A stretch of DNA of 64,000 bases, the filler included, from Piptocephalis cylindrospora (Eukaryota): the NCBI GenBank assembly GCA_003614145.1. It is 7 parts of 7 records of this genome, joined end to end, with 100 filler letters (N's around TTAATTAATTAA, not from the genome) between each part and the next. Parts side by side here need not be neighbours in the genome. Positions count along the whole stretch, not along the records: positions 57,402 to 64,000 come from KZ988270.1; 6 more parts are not named here. One strand, written 5' to 3'. Each line of letters opens with the position of its first letter. Positions within the stretch are counted from its first letter, which is position 1. The position numbers and the translations under genes were made by a program. Below are positions 61,668 through 64,000 of this stretch, one piece after another. The notes beneath the pieces are model-generated. The model saw only the letters and a list, made by a program, of their open reading frames with translations, was not told the DNA's origin and made no database searches.

Positions 61668-64000
61668 TTAACCCCTCCAGCCCGTGTACACCCCTTGTTG
61701 GCCCGGTCCTATTTTGAAAGAGGGGGCGTCAAACGCTTTACTCAATTAACCACACACAAAGAGCTCATCCATTGTCACTTACCCATGCCGCCTCCAGGTA
61801 CACCTCCGTACGGGCCTGAGGGATACGAGCCAGTCATCATAGCTGGTCCTCTCATAGGGACGGGAGGAGGCTGGATGGGCTTATTGAAGATGTGATCAAA
61901 TGGCCGAAGTGGATTGACTCCAGGCCCTCCTCCTCCCATCCCACCCGTTGGCCCCATCACTGAGGCTGATGGGGCCACTGTTGGACGCGGGGGTGGGGCC
62001 ATCCCCGTGGGTCGTCCATAGCCGTACTCTCCCATCTGCACTCCCATTCCGCCTCCTCCCATCGGACCACCCATTGATCCGGGCATATGTCCTCTTCCAG
62101 GAAGCTCACTACCGCTCATAGGATACCCTCCAACTTGCACACTGCCTGAACCGAAAGGCGAAGGTCCCATGGAGGCCATCCGCTGGGCCTGAAGCATCTG
62201 AGCTTGCTGAAGCTGCGCTGACTCCTGTTGGGCCATCATGGCCCGTTGTCTCTCCTGGGCCTGAGCTGCCTCCCTCTGCTGTCTTTCCTGCTCCATTCTC
62301 TGACGCATCATCTGTTCTTGCTTGATTCGCGCAAGCTGCTGCTGAAGACGTAATGCCTCTAAACCCTGATCCCGTGGAGCAGGCCCTGCAAACCCACTGG
62401 GCGGAGCAGGGGCAGTACGTCGGACCAGAGACATAGATGAGGAGGCCATAGGAGGAGGAGGGGGGGCAATTGAGGGCGGGGTGTGCGCAGAGGAAGACCC
62501 GTCGGTCAGGCCTCGGAGGGCAGGATAAGCTGAGGTAGGAGGAGGAGGAGGAGGAGCGATGGGTCTTCCACTGGATCGTGTAGGGACAAACACTCCGGAT
62601 CCCCAGCCAGCTTGAGGACTCGGGATTAATGGAGGAGGAAGAGAGTTCTCCAAATCCACCGTCTTGGTTTGATTTTCATTGGGGTCCCCCCCGGTCATCA
62701 TACCAAGCCCACCATAGGCTGTGGGAGGAGGGGGGGCTGACGCTTTAGGACGAGCGCCTCTTCTTGTGCTGGGCGTGGGGGAGTTGGCCCAAGCTTCCAG
62801 CTGTGACAGGTCCTCCTCCACCTCCGAGGGGACCCGACGAGTCGAGGAGGCTGGGGTAGAGGCCTTAACAAGAGCCTTGGATGCTGGCTCCCCACCCCAT
62901 GCATCGTCATCAAAGGCGGATCGAGGAGATCTGGATTTGCTTTCCGAAATAGCTTCCCCGGCCCTAACTAGTGTGGCTGCATCCACCTTAGTGGGTGCTG
63001 ACCTAGCTGGCGCCTGCCGGATCGAGGCCGATCGGTAGGCTGAGCCCCCTCTCGACCCTGATCCTCGTTCCTCCTCGGACTGAAGTCTCCTGGCCATTTC
63101 TTCGTCCGTCTCATTCCGACGAGCCGGCGTCTCCCCAGTTTTCCTGGAGGTTCCGGATAACCTGGCATCCTCCTCATCCTGAAGCCTCTGGGCATATTCG
63201 GCATCAGCAGCACCAATGTCGCTAACTTGGCGCAGACCTCTTCGATACTCATCTACAATTACCATCGCCCGCTCAATGTCCCGGTTGGATAGGCCCATAC
63301 CCCGAAGCATGTCCCTGGAGGCATGGGGTAGGACTCCATCGTCCATGCGCTCGGCCCTAAATGTCTTAGCGTACCGTAGAGCATCATCGGCATCAATTCC
63401 ACATTCCAGATTGAAAAAGTCAAACCAGTCAAATCGAGGATTATAAACCCGCTCTCTGGCTTGAGGGATCGGGGCGGGTTGAGCAGGACGCTCCTTCCCG
63501 GATGGAACAAGAGCCTTGGAAGTGGATGCAGCAATACTCGAGGATGAAGTAGAGGTGGAAAGGGGAGGAGTCGCTTTGGGCTTTTGAGCGCCTTCCTCCT
63601 TCACAGTTCCTGATCCAAGGTCCATGCCCGTAAGCTTTTCAACATGGGCTACGTCTGTGGCACTTAACTTAATCAGAGGCACGGCAATCTTGACCCCATT
63701 CACCTTGTGGAGATGCACCTTGCCTTGCTCCTCCTCATACCGAAGGAATTCGGCGTCCACTTGATATGTCCCGGACTTATCTTGCCACAGGCGCGTATTG
63801 ACAGGGTTGGGCTTGGGCTTGGTCGAAGAGGTGGAGCCTGAGGAAGCCGAAGCTACCGAAGCGGAAGAAGCAGAAACTGGAGAGGCAACAGAGGGTTGAA
63901 CCTTGGGAGGAGCTGGGGAGGCATGGGCCGTAGGAGTGGATGGAGCAGCCTGAGCCTTGGCACCCTGAGGAATAGCCTGAGCAAGAGGGACATTATCGGG
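61668..64000 (-). CDS. SLA1: Endocytic adaptor Sla1, 3' part (SHD1, SHD2, UIM-like motifs, Pro/Gly/Met tail)
   Basis: [17 protein letters not shown]...[15 protein letters not shown] (SHD1), FDWFDFFNLECGID...RY...F (SHD2), DEEMARRLQSEE. Probable last intron from ~61782 and final exon ending TAA 61668. Confidence 0.9.

Overview
Intron-containing eukaryotic DNA from a fungus. It has short GT-AG introns and fungal-type URA3, cdc11/NUD1, SLA1 and ATX1. An early-diverging lineage such as Zoopagomycota is inferred but not proven. The window is not one locus: seven unrelated contigs are joined by 100-bp artificial linkers (N44-TTAATTAATTAA-N44), and the five complete ones are 9.4-9.5 kb and sorted by decreasing length. 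Most genes are housekeeping: prefoldin 2, an EPS1-like PDI, an NAD-dependent epimerase, the enolase 5' end, a Cdc11/Nud1 LRR scaffold, NUF2, Nup98-96, URA3, IMP2, mL41, TRM9, REEP/Yop1, TIM22, two PTS1-bearing hydrolases, ATX1, SGF11 and SLA1. Two features that the ORF track misses because they are spliced stand out. One is a nuclear, three-exon, bacterial-type RNase P protein (RnpA-like) with a probable mitochondrial presequence. The other is a head-to-head pair of MUL1/MAPL/SP1-like (GIDE/BAM domain) membrane proteins, one with a RING and one without. Also present are several orphan secreted proteins (a CAP-like domain with nested repeats; an acidic/His-rich protein), a multi-pass membrane gene broken only by two possible C-to-T stops, a probable catalytically dead hydrolase, and a ~47-bp motif shared by two contigs. 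Four inversions or inverted duplications (PFD2, Nup98-96, a 55-bp copy, a 459-bp SLA1 copy) look like amplification or assembly artefacts.
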